A stretch of DNA of 64,000 nucleotides, taken from assembly GCA_010356995.1 (NCBI GenBank), contig ML996691.1:1184174-1248173 (forward strand). Direction: 5' to 3'. Below the pieces are notes generated by a model. It worked only from the letters and a program-made list of their open reading frames with translations. It searched no databases and was not told the origin of the DNA. The DNA comes from Trichodelitschia bisporula (Eukaryota). Numbering within the stretch: the stretch's first letter is position 1; each line of letters begins with the position of its first letter. Below are positions 25,223 through 39,199 of this stretch, piece by piece. Made by a program: the position numbers and the translations under genes.

Positions 25223-26014
25223 GTTGGCTGCTGAGACGTAGGGGAGAATTCGAGCTCACGGCTCACATTGGCTCTGGATTCCCCCTTTCCTCATCTCCAC
25301 AACTGCTCCTACTTCTTTCCTCGAGCTCTCTCTCTCTCTCCAATATACCGTCAGGCGGCCCATTCTACGAAATGTATAATCACGGATAAAGGAAAATCGG
25401 CGTTGTGTGACTTTTTTTTCATTTGCTACCCGCATGGTTGTGGTTTACGCGGTTCGACGGAGGGGCTTATCTGTGATACATTCGTTCGCATCTGTGGGAA
25501 AGTGATGGACTGTACACCTGTGAGGTTGTTCATTCCTCACGATGGACTGGAAGCAATGCAAACAGGTGGTGGGTTTGTCTCTTAGGTGTTGACTCCGTAC
25601 GGCCATCACATCGCGCCCATTTCTCTGTAGCTAGTATGAAAGGAGTAAATTCCTCTTGCTCTTGTGCCCCAATGTGTCCCTTAATGAAGCGCGTGATACT
25701 CTCGGCATGTGCACCCGACGTCATCCCCAGTCCTCTGCCCAGCCAGCGCCAAGAATGAGGCACCAAACACCCAAAGGCTGACATACTTGCCTGACGATCT
25801 CCCCGAAACATTGACCTTCCGTACATACACCTGACCTTCAATCCTTCTACTGAGCTCTTCGTTGTTCATTTCTTACCCTATCTATTCGTTCCTTACCCTG
25901 TTCGTCAGTGTGGCCCGCCTTATCCTCCCGCCGCGGCGCCTCCCCCGCCTTTACCCACTCCCACTCCGCACGCACTGCTCTACTCTCCTTGGTTGCGCCA
26001 CGAATCGCCGCGCC

Positions 26015-29000
26015 ATGAGCTCCCCGCCAGATCAGAAAGGCTACCTAGCAGGCTTGACCGCGTTCACGCCCTGGGGTTCGCGGAGCACGACACCGAAGCC
26101 ACAGCCTGCTGCGGCAGGAAGCGGTGGGGGAAAACCATACGAGCCTCCAAAGGCCGAGGCTCCGAATATCGAAGGCCTTAAAAGCGAGGATATACCGGCT
26201 CAGCAACGAGGAGGCGATCACACTATCAGTCACCGTCATCGACTGTCGTTGCGGAATTATCCTCCCGACTGTCCACCGCTGAAGGTACAGTGGTTTCATG
26301 CCACAGATGTATAGCATCCCCGTAGTCCCCTCGTAACATTATACTGAATATATAGGTTCCTAAGCGCAAGCCGATAATAGAAAGCCAGGCGCAGGATCAG
26401 CTACCTGGTGTGGCGAAGAAGTACGTCCCATTCTCCGAGGGCGATTCCAAGGCCATAGAAGTTGCATTTCAGAAGCTGGTTGTCGATGAAGATACTGCGG
26501 AGATGGACCGACTTGCTTCCGGGGGTACACGCGACGGACCTCAAGAGCCAGAGGGTAGCGCAAATCCCAACATGAAAGAGGACAAGCAGAAAGATCACGT
26601 TAAGGTTCCGGTCAACGAAGATTTTCTCTTTGATGTGGACATCGAGGCACGGGAACTGATGCCTGCATACTGGCTTGGGCCTGTGTACGCGGTAAGGCGT
26701 GCAACATGGTTCTACCAAGGTAGGCTTATCTTTATCTTCTCAAGTTTCTTGCACTCATCCATCTAGATGGCTCGACCTTGCGGCCATGCGACGAGAATCT
26801 GGCTACCCAACTCGAAGAAGGCTATCTGAAGCTTAAGCCTTGGAAGTTTTCCTCTGCCTCTGGGCACCAACGTTCGGCATCCCAGCCGCGTGCGAGGCCT
26901 ACGTCTCTGAGACTTGCCGATGACCCAAACACTAACAAACCGGTTTCCAACCCTGTAACTCCCAAAGCATCGATTGAAGATCTTGGCTCCGTTTCCATGG
27001 CGGGCAAGACGCCGACTTCGAAAGTGCCGCCTGATGACGACACAGCTTTGTTGCAAGGAGCCACCAAATCATTGCGCCTCTTTGGCGCACATATGAACTC
27101 TGTTGTTACTTATCAGGACGCTACGATGGCGTGGCTCGTTACGGATGACTTCCTTTCGCGCATGAGCAGTACGGTGTACGAGCGCTTTGCTGGCGGAGCA
27201 CATTTTGCCGGCCAGAAGGTCGTTCGTGGCTACGTTGACCCGGTCAAGAAGACCGAGGTGAAGGATGGGAAATCACACTCTGTACAGGCCTCTCCCCAAG
27301 CAGGACCACTGTCCGAAGACGAGCGGTCACAAACGTCACATTCTGAGCGCTCGGAGCTAGACGTTGATCAGCAAGGCGAAGGGGCACCGCTCAAGCCCTC
27401 TGCCTCGGAAGCGCGGCGGCGGCAGCTAGAACGACAAATGTCCTCTCTCGTTGAAGGCGGCCAAATGCAAGACCTCGAGAAGGAACAGGAAGAAGTCCGC
27501 AAGCGGGACGAGAAAGAGATCGAAGAAGACTACAAGGAGCAAGAGGGTGATGAGCAGACAAGAGATATCGAACATTTGATTCTCGTTACACACGGCATTG
27601 GTCAGCGGCTTGGGCTTCGGATGGACAGCATCAATTTCGTTCACGATGTCAATACATTGCGGAAGACTCTCAAGACGGTCTACAACGAATCGCCGAATCT
27701 GCAGACGCTGAATGGGGACACCGATCACCCGACCAAGAACTGCCGAATTCAGGTTCTGCCCATATGCTGGCGGGGAAAACTGGACTTTCCAAAGCAAAGT
27801 CTGAAGCATAACCGTCGTGAGCGTGATCTAGGTATTTGCTCAAGTTTCGGTGGTGTTTTTGTGTCTAACATGGAGCAGGCGACCTGGACTACCAAGATGA
27901 AGACTACCCAAGCCTTGATGATATTACCATTGAGGGTGTTCCCACCGTGCGTAGTCTTGTCACCGACCTAGCGCTTGACGTCCTCTTATACCAGAGCCCG
28001 ACCTACAAGCAACATATCTCAAGAATTGTGCTGGAAGAATGCAACCGCATCTATACACTCTTCAAGCAACGTAACCCCTCTTTTAAAGGCAAAGTTAGCC
28101 TGATGGGCCACTCCCTCGGCTCAGCCATTATGTTCGAAATTCTGTGTAACCAGCCTTCGCCGTCCAAGCCTAGGTCTGGATCTGGTGCCCGTCGCAACAC
28201 ACTGCGCCAGCCACTGCCCACCCTCGCCTTCGATGTCGAGGACTTTTATGCCCTCGGCTCACCTATTGCCCTCTTTCAGATGCTGCAAGGCCACGTCATA
28301 TCCGCCCGCTCATCAAACTCTGTGAGCCCACCGTCATCCTCAGACGATATCTCGGAGGACCCAGGGACCGCGATCGTATCTCCACTGTGCCGCCGCACAT
28401 TCAACATCTTCCACCCCACGGACCCGATCTCGTACCGCATTGAGCCACTCATTTCGCCTTCTATGGCGTTGCTCAAGCCTCAGCCGCTGCCTTATGTAAA
28501 AAAGGGTCTATTCGGCACGCCCGTAGGACAGGGGCTTACGGGGATTGGCGCGCGTGTCGGACAGAGTGTCACGGGGCTTTGGAATAATCTGAGTAACAGC
28601 GTTGCGAGCAGTCTCCTCAACCGGAGTCTGGGGATCACTGGGGAGGATGCAACGCGGCTGGCAGGGCCAAGCGGTGCGGCGACCCTAGCCGGTGTGCCGA
28701 TGGCGGGGATTGGGGTGCGGATTGGAGCTGTGGATGGGAAAGAGCAGAACAAAGGCGGTAATGGAGAAAATATGGAAGTTGAGAAGGGGCGGGATGGGAA
28801 GCATCCACCTACGCTTCTGGATTCGGAGATTGAGACACTCTACAGCGGATTTAAAAAGGTGAGGGCGGATGGGGAGGGTATAGAGAAGGGTGGGAGTGAG
28901 TGGCTGGAGTTTGAGGATCGGGCGAGGCGGATTAAGAGGGAGGAGGGGAAGGTGAGGGCGCTCAATGAGAATGGGAGGGTGGATTACAGCATCCAGGAGT

Positions 29001-29269
29001 GAGTTATATTCCCTTCTGTCCGCTTGGGATTTCGCATTTATATGGCACTAACTGATCATAGGGGCGCGTTCGACATCTCCCTTCTTGCCAGCATCGCTAG
29101 CCACCTTTCTTACTGGGCCGATGAGGACGTGGCGCACTTCATCATGTCGCAGCTTCTCGCCGCGAATCGAATTGTCAAGGGGACCAAGGGGAAGGTAGAT
29201 GAGAAGGCCGAGAAAGCGGAAAAGGCCGAGCAGGGTGATGTTAGTGATTTGGGAGATGGAAAGCCATGA
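26015..29269 (+). CDS. DDL1: DDHD-domain phospholipase A1 (Ddl1/YOR022C-like)
   Basis: Motifs VPVNEDFLFDVD, VRRATWFY, HLILVTHGIGQ, lipase nucleophile GHSLG, FNIFHPTDPISYRIEPL and SHLSYW. Four short GT-AG introns. Confidence 0.9.
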
Positions 29270-32200
29270 GGAGACGACGTAGGCGCTTTCCACATCCAGT
29301 TTGAGTTCCCGGCGTTTCAAGGAGCGATGTTCGACTACCTAATACCCACAGCATGGACGGAACAAAGACTGGAAGCTAGAAGAAGGACTTGAACGGCTTA
29401 ACTGTTATCTCTCGTGCGAATACATGAGACGTACGGGCTGCAGGCGTTGATGTGATTACAGTAGTCGCATTTTACAGGTCGTCTGCGTCTCATCCCTGGG
29501 GTGTTGAGATCTCTCAGAGCATTTTCAACTGACCTTTGATGTTTTTTGCTTTCATGTCAGCTCCTCCAGTGACATTGACAAGTAGAGGGCCTGTATCACA
29601 ATTGCGGTATGTCCCGTTTATCTGGCGATGTCTCGGAATTCCCGACCCCCGGCGACATGACATCATCAACTTGTCACTTGCGTCCACGTCTACCCCCAGC
29701 TCCGCTCGGCAAAGAATTCAAAACAGCATCCCAACACCGAGCACGTCTCCTGGTACTGAGTGCGGCAAAAGCTGCCGATCGCAACCACGACTGTGCCGCA
29801 GTCTGGCGAGCGGGCCGCGTCTCCAGCTAACCGGCGATCATTACTGCTCTACATTAACCCCATCTCTCCCGTAATATCGGGATACAATGTCAACATCCAG
29901 CATAGCCAGGCTTTTAACAACAGGCACTCGATATAGTGTGAGCGCACTGGTAACTATATGGCTTCCAAGATGCTATGAGCAGATTGCTGATCTATCGTTC
30001 AGGCGAAACATACCAGTTTGCCCATCAAGACTCCATATCACGCGATATAGGCGACCGCGCTCCTGGGTTCGCCAGTATTTTGCCTCGCAGGAACCGCAGA
30101 TGACATAGTACCGACTTTGAAGACTTTACGGCGCCCTATGGACTGCTGACGATATCGTCCGCACTGTCCCATCTCCGCCCCGGCCCTGGCAATGAACCGA
30201 ATACGTGGACAGGCCGGACCTGCCACCCTAAACTAGACCACATGACGCCCATAAAGGCACGACAGCGGGCCCTTGATATACCAGCCAGGCAGCCCCTGGG
30301 TTCATATTCATCTTCGGGGCCTGCTACCCCGACGATATATTAACCTCGCTTCTCGGAGTTACCGCCGCCAGATCGAGAGGACCAATCCATAGCATGCGCG
30401 GGGTCACTCGTTGCCAACACTTCTCTTTACGCCACCCTCGTTCCCGCATATCCGAGAAGCTCCAACCCCACGTCTCACAACAGCACTCCCAGGAACAGAC
30501 CATTGGGCAGAAAGCACCGGGTCGCACGTCTTTTAACCCCACTTGCGCACCGATATTGTACTTTGTCAATCGGCAACGTATCCGCCTCGCCGCAATGACC
30601 ATAGATGGTCAAATTTGCGCCCTGGCTCCCATCACGCATCTCATATGATGGCGCTGGGATGGCGATCCTACGGCGTGGCGCCTCGGTACGTACCGAAGTG
30701 ACGGCTTTTGCTCAACGGGGTGTCGATGCAAGTGCACATCATGATCCTTCGGCGCTTGGCGAGTGCTGAATCCGGGTTTGCGTGGACCAGGAGTAGAGAG
30801 TGCGTTGCCGGCCGGCTTGGCGCTGGGGTCAGCGCGGCCTTGGTATAATTTCGCCGGCGGGACATAAGGTACTGTAGGGCTTATCGCGAAGTTGGACGAG
30901 AGAGAGGAATGAGCCATTAGTGCTGATTTTGCCGATGACGAAGTGAAGGATCGGAGTGCAGATGGCCGAGATGAGGACCTCATTGAACTCGAATAGGAAG
31001 GCCGCTTGGGTGAGGGGAGCAGGGTAGTCACCTTGCTGTTTGCTTGCCGGGATGAGGTGGGAGCCCTGGCGGAGTGGTGAAAGACGGGGCAATATGGGCG
31101 CAAATGGGACTCTGACCGGCGACAATTGTCAATCTCTTAAGAAAGGGACGTCTGACTGGAGGAGGAATTGCGAGTGATGCCCCGACAAAGCTCCGCCCGG
31201 CATGAAGTGTATCACGGGAAAATGAGACGTGAGAAGGCTGAGCCGGTTCACGACATCACAACTCGCCACAGCCCTACATGCGATCTGTGAAGGCCATCCA
31301 CCTAACCCCAGATACGGGAGCGTCCGGCCATCCATCCCACCCCGGTCGAACCAAAAAAAGGCTATCAGGTCAAGGCACTCGAAGACTCGAAGTCGCCAGA
31401 TACACAATCAGCCTTGTCCCTGTCGGTTCCTCGCGAGTCACTAACCTTTGCAGCGAATAAGTCGGCGCTAGGCATCGAACGCAGCGTCCGCGCCGCGAGC
31501 TTCGAGAACATCCCCCCGGGCGCCGCAAGGCTGTCCCTTCCCTACCAAGACTCACCTTCGCCGCGCTGAATGCGCGGGACTCTTCCCCAGAAGAGGAGCA
31601 ATCTGCGCTCCTAGCCGTCTATCGAACGGGCCATAGCGCGCCGCATTCTATCCTCAGCATCCCTTCGCACAACGAAACGCCCGTCATGAACCCCACATCT
31701 CCACACCACCACCCCGACGTGTTCAACCCTGCGTACGAAGTAGTACTCCACCCGCAACGTTTGAGCGTGAGTGCGCCCGGCAGCTTGTGATCACAGGCTC
31801 CGGGCTTATCCCAGCATATCCTCGGCCCCGCCCCGTCCCGCTCATTTCCGCTGACGTCGCGTGCGCGGACAGAAGTCCCCCACGTGCCGATCGGGGCCAG
31901 CATGGCGGGTCCGGCCCCCACGCCCGCGGCTCTCGAAACGCGTGAGCGAGACGTGCGAGCGGGAAACCCGTGGGACCGGACGGCTCGCCGTTTGTGATAC
32001 CGATCCCTACCCCCGAAAAAGCCACGGCCGAGTAACGGTTCTACCGGTTGCCGAATCCTCATAAGCGGGTTTAAGTTCGGCCGGCGATGGGTGGATATAA
32101 CACGCCTAGATCGTCGCTTCAGACATTGGCACGCATTGTTGATTGGCTAATAGAGCGAGCGCGTTCCGTCCCGTCGGGTCCTTGGTGGAAAGGTTATTCT

Positions 32201-34247
32201 GACTCGGGGGCAGGCTAGAGCGACGTCCGAGCCATCCTATCGCATCGTTGCAATTGCGAATTTCGCGGACGCCTGATGTGCGCGACCTGCGGCGAGAGGG
32301 CTGGAAGAGGATAAGCTGAGGGAGCGCACCCGCTACACTTTATACGGGCTAACTGCTTGTGAGACCGTTCGTTCATACCCCTGAATTTTTCGGCTCCGGT
32401 TGTAGAGATTGTCGAGAGGTGTGGGCGCGATCGTTCCCCGTTCGAGGGCTAGATTCGAGCCACGAGGCTGGCAGAGCGGCGGTATTCCAGTGGCGGTATT
32501 CTGCTATCCGGAGCATCCGCTTTAGCTTGGTACAAACATCGTGAGAAGAACCGAGCCATTCATTGCAGCAGTACGGATGTACCGGTACGGTAAATTAATA
32601 GCACGGCTTCCAGTTGCGCGGAAGGACCACCGGACCGTCCGCCGAACCGTCCACCAAGCATTGTGCATACCCCGAACCCTTCATCTCCCAGTCGCACGAG
32701 CAGCTCGCCCTTACGGTACGCGGCCACCAACGCCCGCATCAATAGCCTCGGGTCCCCCTTACCGCGTATCCTCCAAACGTCGAACATTCCACGCACCCAT
32801 CACCCCACCATCCCCTCCCTGGAAGCCCCGACCCCCACTGCCCCACATTTCCCACTCCCCCGCCATCTCAACAAACATATTGTATGACCTCAAATTCCGC
32901 CAAGCTCGCATCCGAACCGTCCTGGCGGGTCCAGTGAACCGCGACTCTCGCATCGGCCACCTGGTGCATGATCGCGCTTCGCTCGGGTTCTCGGGGGGAG
33001 ACAGGTTCCGAACACGCCCCGCCGACGACGCGTCCTCCACGGCCTTGCGGCGGCGCAGTACAGTATTTCCGCTTCATACCCGCGGATTGTCCGCAGATGG
33101 GGTCACTCCACTTTGCAGCGTCGCTCGCCTCACTCGCTTCTCTCCCGCATAGCGCTCAGTTGTGGATCGCCTCCCAATAGCCCTACCGTGGTGACCTCGT
33201 CAACCGAGTGAACTGCGCCCCAAAAAAGCGGCAAATGACCGAAAAGCGATGGCCGTGAGCTCTTCCGATGCAGACGCCGTTCCCAGCCCCCAATAATCAC
33301 ATCCCCAAACCGTACCCTAAACCCACACAGCGAAGAAGCGTGCCACTTCCCGGGACTCGCATTGTACCTCGCATTCCCCGGCTGCGTGGTGGGGGAGGCC
33401 CACGGGGGGCACATGGGAGACCCCCACGCGCCCGCCGTCCCTCGGGATCTGACGCCGGAAGGCTTGGCTAGCCTCTTGCATCGTCATTCGTCGGTGCGTG
33501 AGGACGTCCGGTTCCAACTGCCTTTCGGTGGTAAAGTAAAGCCGAGAATGAGGATCTGCGATGTGCACATTGCCCATCATGCCTCGAATCATCTCCTTCC
33601 ACTACGGATGTACGCTACTGCATCTCGTTGGGGCCCTGTCTGTGAGGGCCAAGCATACGGAACGTGAAACCGCCCTGCTTCGTCGTGCGGCTGAAGCGAC
33701 CCAAGGCTGTGGTTCGCATTTTAATCGTTAACCACACCGCCGGCGGACGTGCGCCGTTCGGCATGGTGTGTACCAGGCACGCCTTTGACACGTGTGCCGC
33801 ACGTTGCATGTGCTTGGGTTTCTTCGGCCGTGGGGGCGGGGAGGATGGCCGAGTATGGGGAAATGGTCGGACAAAGGGCTAGAATCACCAAGGGCCAGAC
33901 TTCCACGTCCATATACCATTGACTACTTCAACAGCGCGCCCGCGGTTACGCGCGGGTAACTCCACCGGAGGTGGCTAGCACCACCGATATAACGTCGGAA
34001 ACAAGAACCAAGCGGTTCAAGAATGAGAATCTCGCCCTTTCCACCGCGGGTTCAACCCCAAAAGAACGCACAAACAGACTGCATCGCTGCACGGAAATAC
34101 CAAAAACCACAAACACCGCCCGAGATGCATTTCGTAGATCGCGGGTCACAAGCCCGAAGATGCTGTGCCAACCAACCCGTAGGATAACGCCGCGCCAAAA
34201 CGTATCAACAAAGTCGTAAGCCGTAAGAATAAGGGAAAGACGCCGGT

Positions 34248-36222
34248 TCAAGTGATCAGGAAGTCCCAACCCTAAAGCCGTCAGTATGCGCGCTTAGCCA
34301 CAGCATGGATCAAAACTCACCATGTCCTTGATGATCGTCTCCCAATCCCAGGAACTCTCGCTGCCCTCATCCATGAGCTCCCACACCCGCTCCACAATCC
34401 TCTTGGCATACTTGATGTTACCGAGGCTGCTGTAAGCCTCGAGCGAATCAAAGGCCCTTTGAATTTCAGGCCGCTGTTCTTGTTGGAAAGCGGAGCAGCC
34501 GAGGATGAAGAGCGGCATGAGCATGATACTCTGCGTTGACGAGTCCTCAGGCAGTTCCCGTAGGTACTCGAGGCCTTCATCGACGGCCATGTGGAGCTGC
34601 GCATTCGGTGTCGACGGCTGTATCGTGCGGTGCAGATACAGCCAGGTACATTGCCGGTAAAGCATGGCGGCCGTCCAGCGCGGTGTGTCGACGGGCTGAC
34701 CGGAATGCCAGGACCGCAGGTTCGAGTCGATCATCTGCGCATCGGCTAGGATCTGGTAGTCCACCCACGGCTTGAGGTTCTGTTCCCTCCGGGTGCGGAT
34801 CCGATCGCGCAGTTGCCGGATTTTCGAAATGCATCCGAAGAGTCCGTCTACGACACCGAGAAAGACGCCAGCCTCGGGCTGGATCATGAACTGCGGCAGC
34901 TGAAAGTCCTCCATCATCAGCACCGACGGCCGATCGATGGAGGTCACTGAGTTTGACACATTGTGGTAGATGAAGAACTCGATAAGGAACGCTCGGAACT
35001 CTTGGTTGCGGGAGTTCTGTGTGCAGATGAGATGTTTCGCTGCGTCAAGATGAACCCGATATTCGCCTTGGACTTCGCCAGCGCAGATCGACCTCAAGCA
35101 GAGAACGAGCGTCTGGGCTACCGTTGGATCGTCAATGATCGCTGTCTCGTCGCCTTTAGCATTCCTGTCGAGTAGGGCATCTGTCCGGAGATTCTTGACA
35201 GCGCAATCGTAATGGTGAGACTGTCGCTCCTCGAACCGTTTATCCGGATCTCTGCTGCTCAGATGAGCGCCTGAAAGGCAAAGCAGCGAGTGCATGAGGC
35301 CACGGTGGCTAGTGGCCATCGGCAGCAGGATTTCTGGCGAAGTTAGCGGAAATGCGTGCCTCCTAGTGACCAAGATCGTACCCTTGAAAGGATTCTGCTT
35401 GTCAGTAAACAGACTCAAGACTCTGGATAAGTTCAGGTTGAAGTGGTTAAAGAGGAACCAGTCCAGCTCCGTCTCAATGCCTTCAATCAGGAGCGGAAGC
35501 TCGCGTGGGCGATCCACGCTCGCTCCTCGACCTTTCGGATATCAGTGCACAACCTCAAGCGCAGGAAAGAGCTCACTCTTGACCAAGCGCTGCTTCCCAC
35601 CTTGCCAGTAGTCCTTCGGCGGATAGCCCTCGCAATGAACGTTGTTCTTCTGGCAGTGCAAGCACGCCGGCTTCGTCTCGTCGCACTTCTTCTTCCGTCT
35701 CCTGCAAGTGATGCATCCCGTCTTGCTCCTCCCTTTGGCCAGTTTTGCGCTCGCGTCTGGCGGAGACCTTGGGTACTTTCTCGGCCGACCTCTCGGTCTT
35801 CGGACAACCGCAGCCACGTCGCCTTTCCGATCCTCATTCTCCCCGCTGTTATCTGCCGCTCCTGCATCATCAATCTCTTGATCACCGTCTATACCAATGT
35901 CCTCATTCCCACCCCCACTTCCGTCCGCACTCTCAACCTTAGTCGGGCCAGTCATCAGACCTACGTCGTCATCCTCAATTTCCTCAACCTTGGGTACCAC
36001 CTCTTCACCACTGCTGCTGCCAGCGTCAGCCGAGGGTTTCCTCCCGTACTGTCCCAACCCGATAGAGAAGACGAAGGTAGTGCGGGGCGACTCGCTCGAG
36101 GCGGCTGTGGATGTAGACGAAGAGGGAGAGGAGGAGCTGGCACTAGATTGCCGAGCATAAATGGATCGCGGTCGCGGAGGCCCGAAAGCTGGAGTGAGGG
36201 TGGGTGCCATTGTCGCAGCCAT
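34248..36222 (-). CDS. oefC: Zn(II)2Cys6 transcription factor with AT-hook and fungal-specific TF domain (OefC-like)
   Basis: AT-hook RRPRGRPRK and binuclear cluster CITCRRRKKKCDETKPACLHCQKNNVHC, followed by a fungal TF middle domain. Terminal exon GWDFLIT* follows an intron at ~34272-34320. An alternative in-frame ATG lies at 36306. The symbol is recalled similarity and is less certain than the family call. Confidence 0.85.
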
Positions 36223-39199
36223 GCGGGTTCGATGCTTCTTAAAGTTAAGTCGGGTTACAAAGGGTTGCGGAAATGTGGTGTGATGTGCTTGGTATGGGCA
36301 ATGCAATCGGGCATTGCCAGCTGATGGGGATGCAGAGGAGGGTTGAAATCCCGGGGGGTGCGGTGGTGATGGTCGTTCGGAGGTGCCTAACAGCGAGCTC
36401 AGGGGTGAGCCAAAACACGCAGGCTACAAAACCGAGTACGTCGGAATATTCATCCAGAGAGCTCAAGGTAACGAAATACGGGTACGGAATTGAGCAAATG
36501 TGCCGACCAGAAAGAAGATAGAGTAGGGTTGGCGGGTGGTGACGATGAGAGCGGGCTGCGATGATGTCGAGGACAGGTCCAGCGCGGGCAAATGCAGACG
36601 AAACAGTCCAAAGGAGCTGCACGCCGAGGGCAAGTCGCAATGGTTATATAATCCAACGATGGTGGCCTATGAGTAGAAGAACCCAGGGATCGCTACCCCC
36701 GGGGGCGTGGCCTTTTAGTTTCTCGCACTTCAACTCACCTCACTCTGTGTAACGCACAAGCACCGCACGCGAAAGGCAGCCACGGGCACAGGCATAGAGC
36801 GGGGAGGGGGCGCTTTTTCGGTTGGGGTGCTTGGGTAGTGCCGGGGGGGGGGTGTGGGAGACTGAAAGGGACTAGAGAAATGGGGGGAGAAAGAGGCGGA
36901 GGAAGAGAGTGAGCGGGGCAGGGGACGGCGGGGCCAGACATGGTGAATAAAAGTGGAGACTGGGGGGAGTTGGAATAGAGATGAGGGGGGGAGACGATTA
37001 GTTAGTTTGGATAGAACGACAGAAGGGGTGGAGAAAAAGAGGCGTTGTCTTCTGTCGCTTGGCACATCCGGTGGCCGTGGAAAAGAAAGAGGCGACCAGG
37101 GGGCACTAACGACACAGAAAGAGCCTTAGAATGATGGAAGTTGGAAGAGGAACAAGGCCAAAAGCGCGGAGGTTCGAATCGGGCAGTTAGTACCCTTGGT
37201 GGTGAAGAGGGAATGGGGAGAGAAAGGGACGGCCCTTGCTTGTGGGATGCGCGCAAAGAGTGGTGATGCGGGGAGGACCTGGGCCTCTCATGGAACGTTT
37301 AGAGAAGATCCGATGGTAACGAGACATAGAATACGTCCAGACCACCATTCATCTCCCCTACAATAACAGCCATCCTCTAACGACCCCAGCGGGCACACAA
37401 CCGCCAATGAAGATTGAAGTGGACGTTTCCGCAGTGAGGGATCCCCCCCGGATTCCCATGCCTGTCGCCCGTCTGCGGGTTTTCATTCTGCCACAATCTC
37501 ACTGACGTGAGGCGAGGGATACTCCGTTGGCCAAAGCGAGACGGAATTTATACGGTCCGACCTCGTTCCTTGATACAACAGAGGGGATGACGAACTGACG
37601 AGGCTGTATCCATTATCGCTAACATAGCAGCCTAGCGGATTGTCCTCTCCAATCATGCATGAGCCACTTACCCTTCTAGTTCTAGGGAGCAAGCGCTATC
37701 TCCCGCCTGCAAGCTCCATCACCACGGGGACTATGTTAGTTGGCAAGACTGCGTCGTCGCATATAACACAGGTACGGTGGAGATCCTATTTTCGGAGCAA
37801 CTCTGCTCCGTTCATTTGGAGCTGAAGCCAACCGAACACCTCTCAGCAAGGACATGAGGAACGTCGAAGCTCAATCTCCCACCGCTACTTCGAGGTGACG
37901 AGTGATGAGACTGGCCTTCCCCGGAGGTTAAGGGGCCTACGAATTTCACCCGTGGTAGAGTATACCGACGGGGATAGGGAATACACTTCGCGACCCAGTG
38001 CCGGGAGAGTCCATGGGATGAAAAGCCACAGGAGGAGGAGTATGTCCGGCGATCGATATGATGTGGGTCTGGCGACGTCTTTATGGCATGTTTAGCCGCT
38101 GGCTTTGCGCATCAGTCGCAGATCATCGTTCTTAGCACTGTCTTGGGGACCGAGAAATCAAGAGGATGTCCGAGATCGATATCACTTAGGACAGAATATC
38201 GCCGTCGCATGCATCCATATCCCTTCTCCCTCCGCGCAAATCGGCTTGGACTCCTGCTCCGGAAAAGCCGAACCTTAGCGAAACCGATATCGACACCGAG
38301 ACCTCGAATGTAAAAGCTTGATGTAGTGCTAGTTTGATGCGCAATGGTAAGCATTGCACTGTGAACTAGTCCAGGAACGGGAAGGAGGAGTGGGTCAAAA
38401 AGGCGTATCCGCAGACATCCTATTCTAGATGCCGGTCATCCAATTTGATACAATCCCATATTCCCGATCATTCCCGGTGCTTTTCTAAGCAGTCAACGGA
38501 CTACCCCGTACCTCCGTAAAGGACTGAAAATGATAAACGTCCTGCAAGGCTGGTCCAGCCCTCAGCGGCCCCGTTCGGTGCACAATCGGGCTCTGAGCCC
38601 GAAGTTCCGGTGCAAATGTAAGCGAGCACATCCAGCCACACGCCGCCTCGTCATGCACAACGGGGAAAACCAACCTCTCGAGCAAAACGGATCAGCCAAT
38701 GCAGAATGCAGATGCAGACCGGAGCCATTTTCTTTACCCCGCAGCAGCAGCACAGTCAAACATTGGTCGTTGACACCTCGCCGAAAGCAGCATCTCGGGC
38801 ACGATGCGGTTCGGCAAAGTCATGACCTGTGGGACGAAGTCGGTCCCCGCATCTTGGCATTGTAACTTCATGCCTCTCCCCTCTCTGGTGTCCGTGTTAT
38901 TTCAGCCTCGTTACTAAGAGCTCACAGCATCTCGCTCTGTTCGGAATCCGCCATGGATGCTCTACTGCGCCAGCATCAGAGTGGGTTCCAGGACAGTGCC
39001 GCCATGCCTGCTTTCAGCACAGTTCCGCTTGTCGTGGCGTCGTGATAATCCCTGCATTGCTTCGCGGGGCAGCTAGAGCATGCGTGGCGTGTAATACGGA
39101 CGATTAACAGGCAGAGTGGATCTCTGGCAAAGAAAACCCTCCTGGACCGCCAACCTAGACAGCTTCACTCCGTACGGCGGCCGGTGTCCATCATGGCCA

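Noticed and set aside
31871..31882. GAAGTCCCC resembling RNase MRP conserved region I
   Set aside because: Imperfect match and no matching 3' conserved region found.
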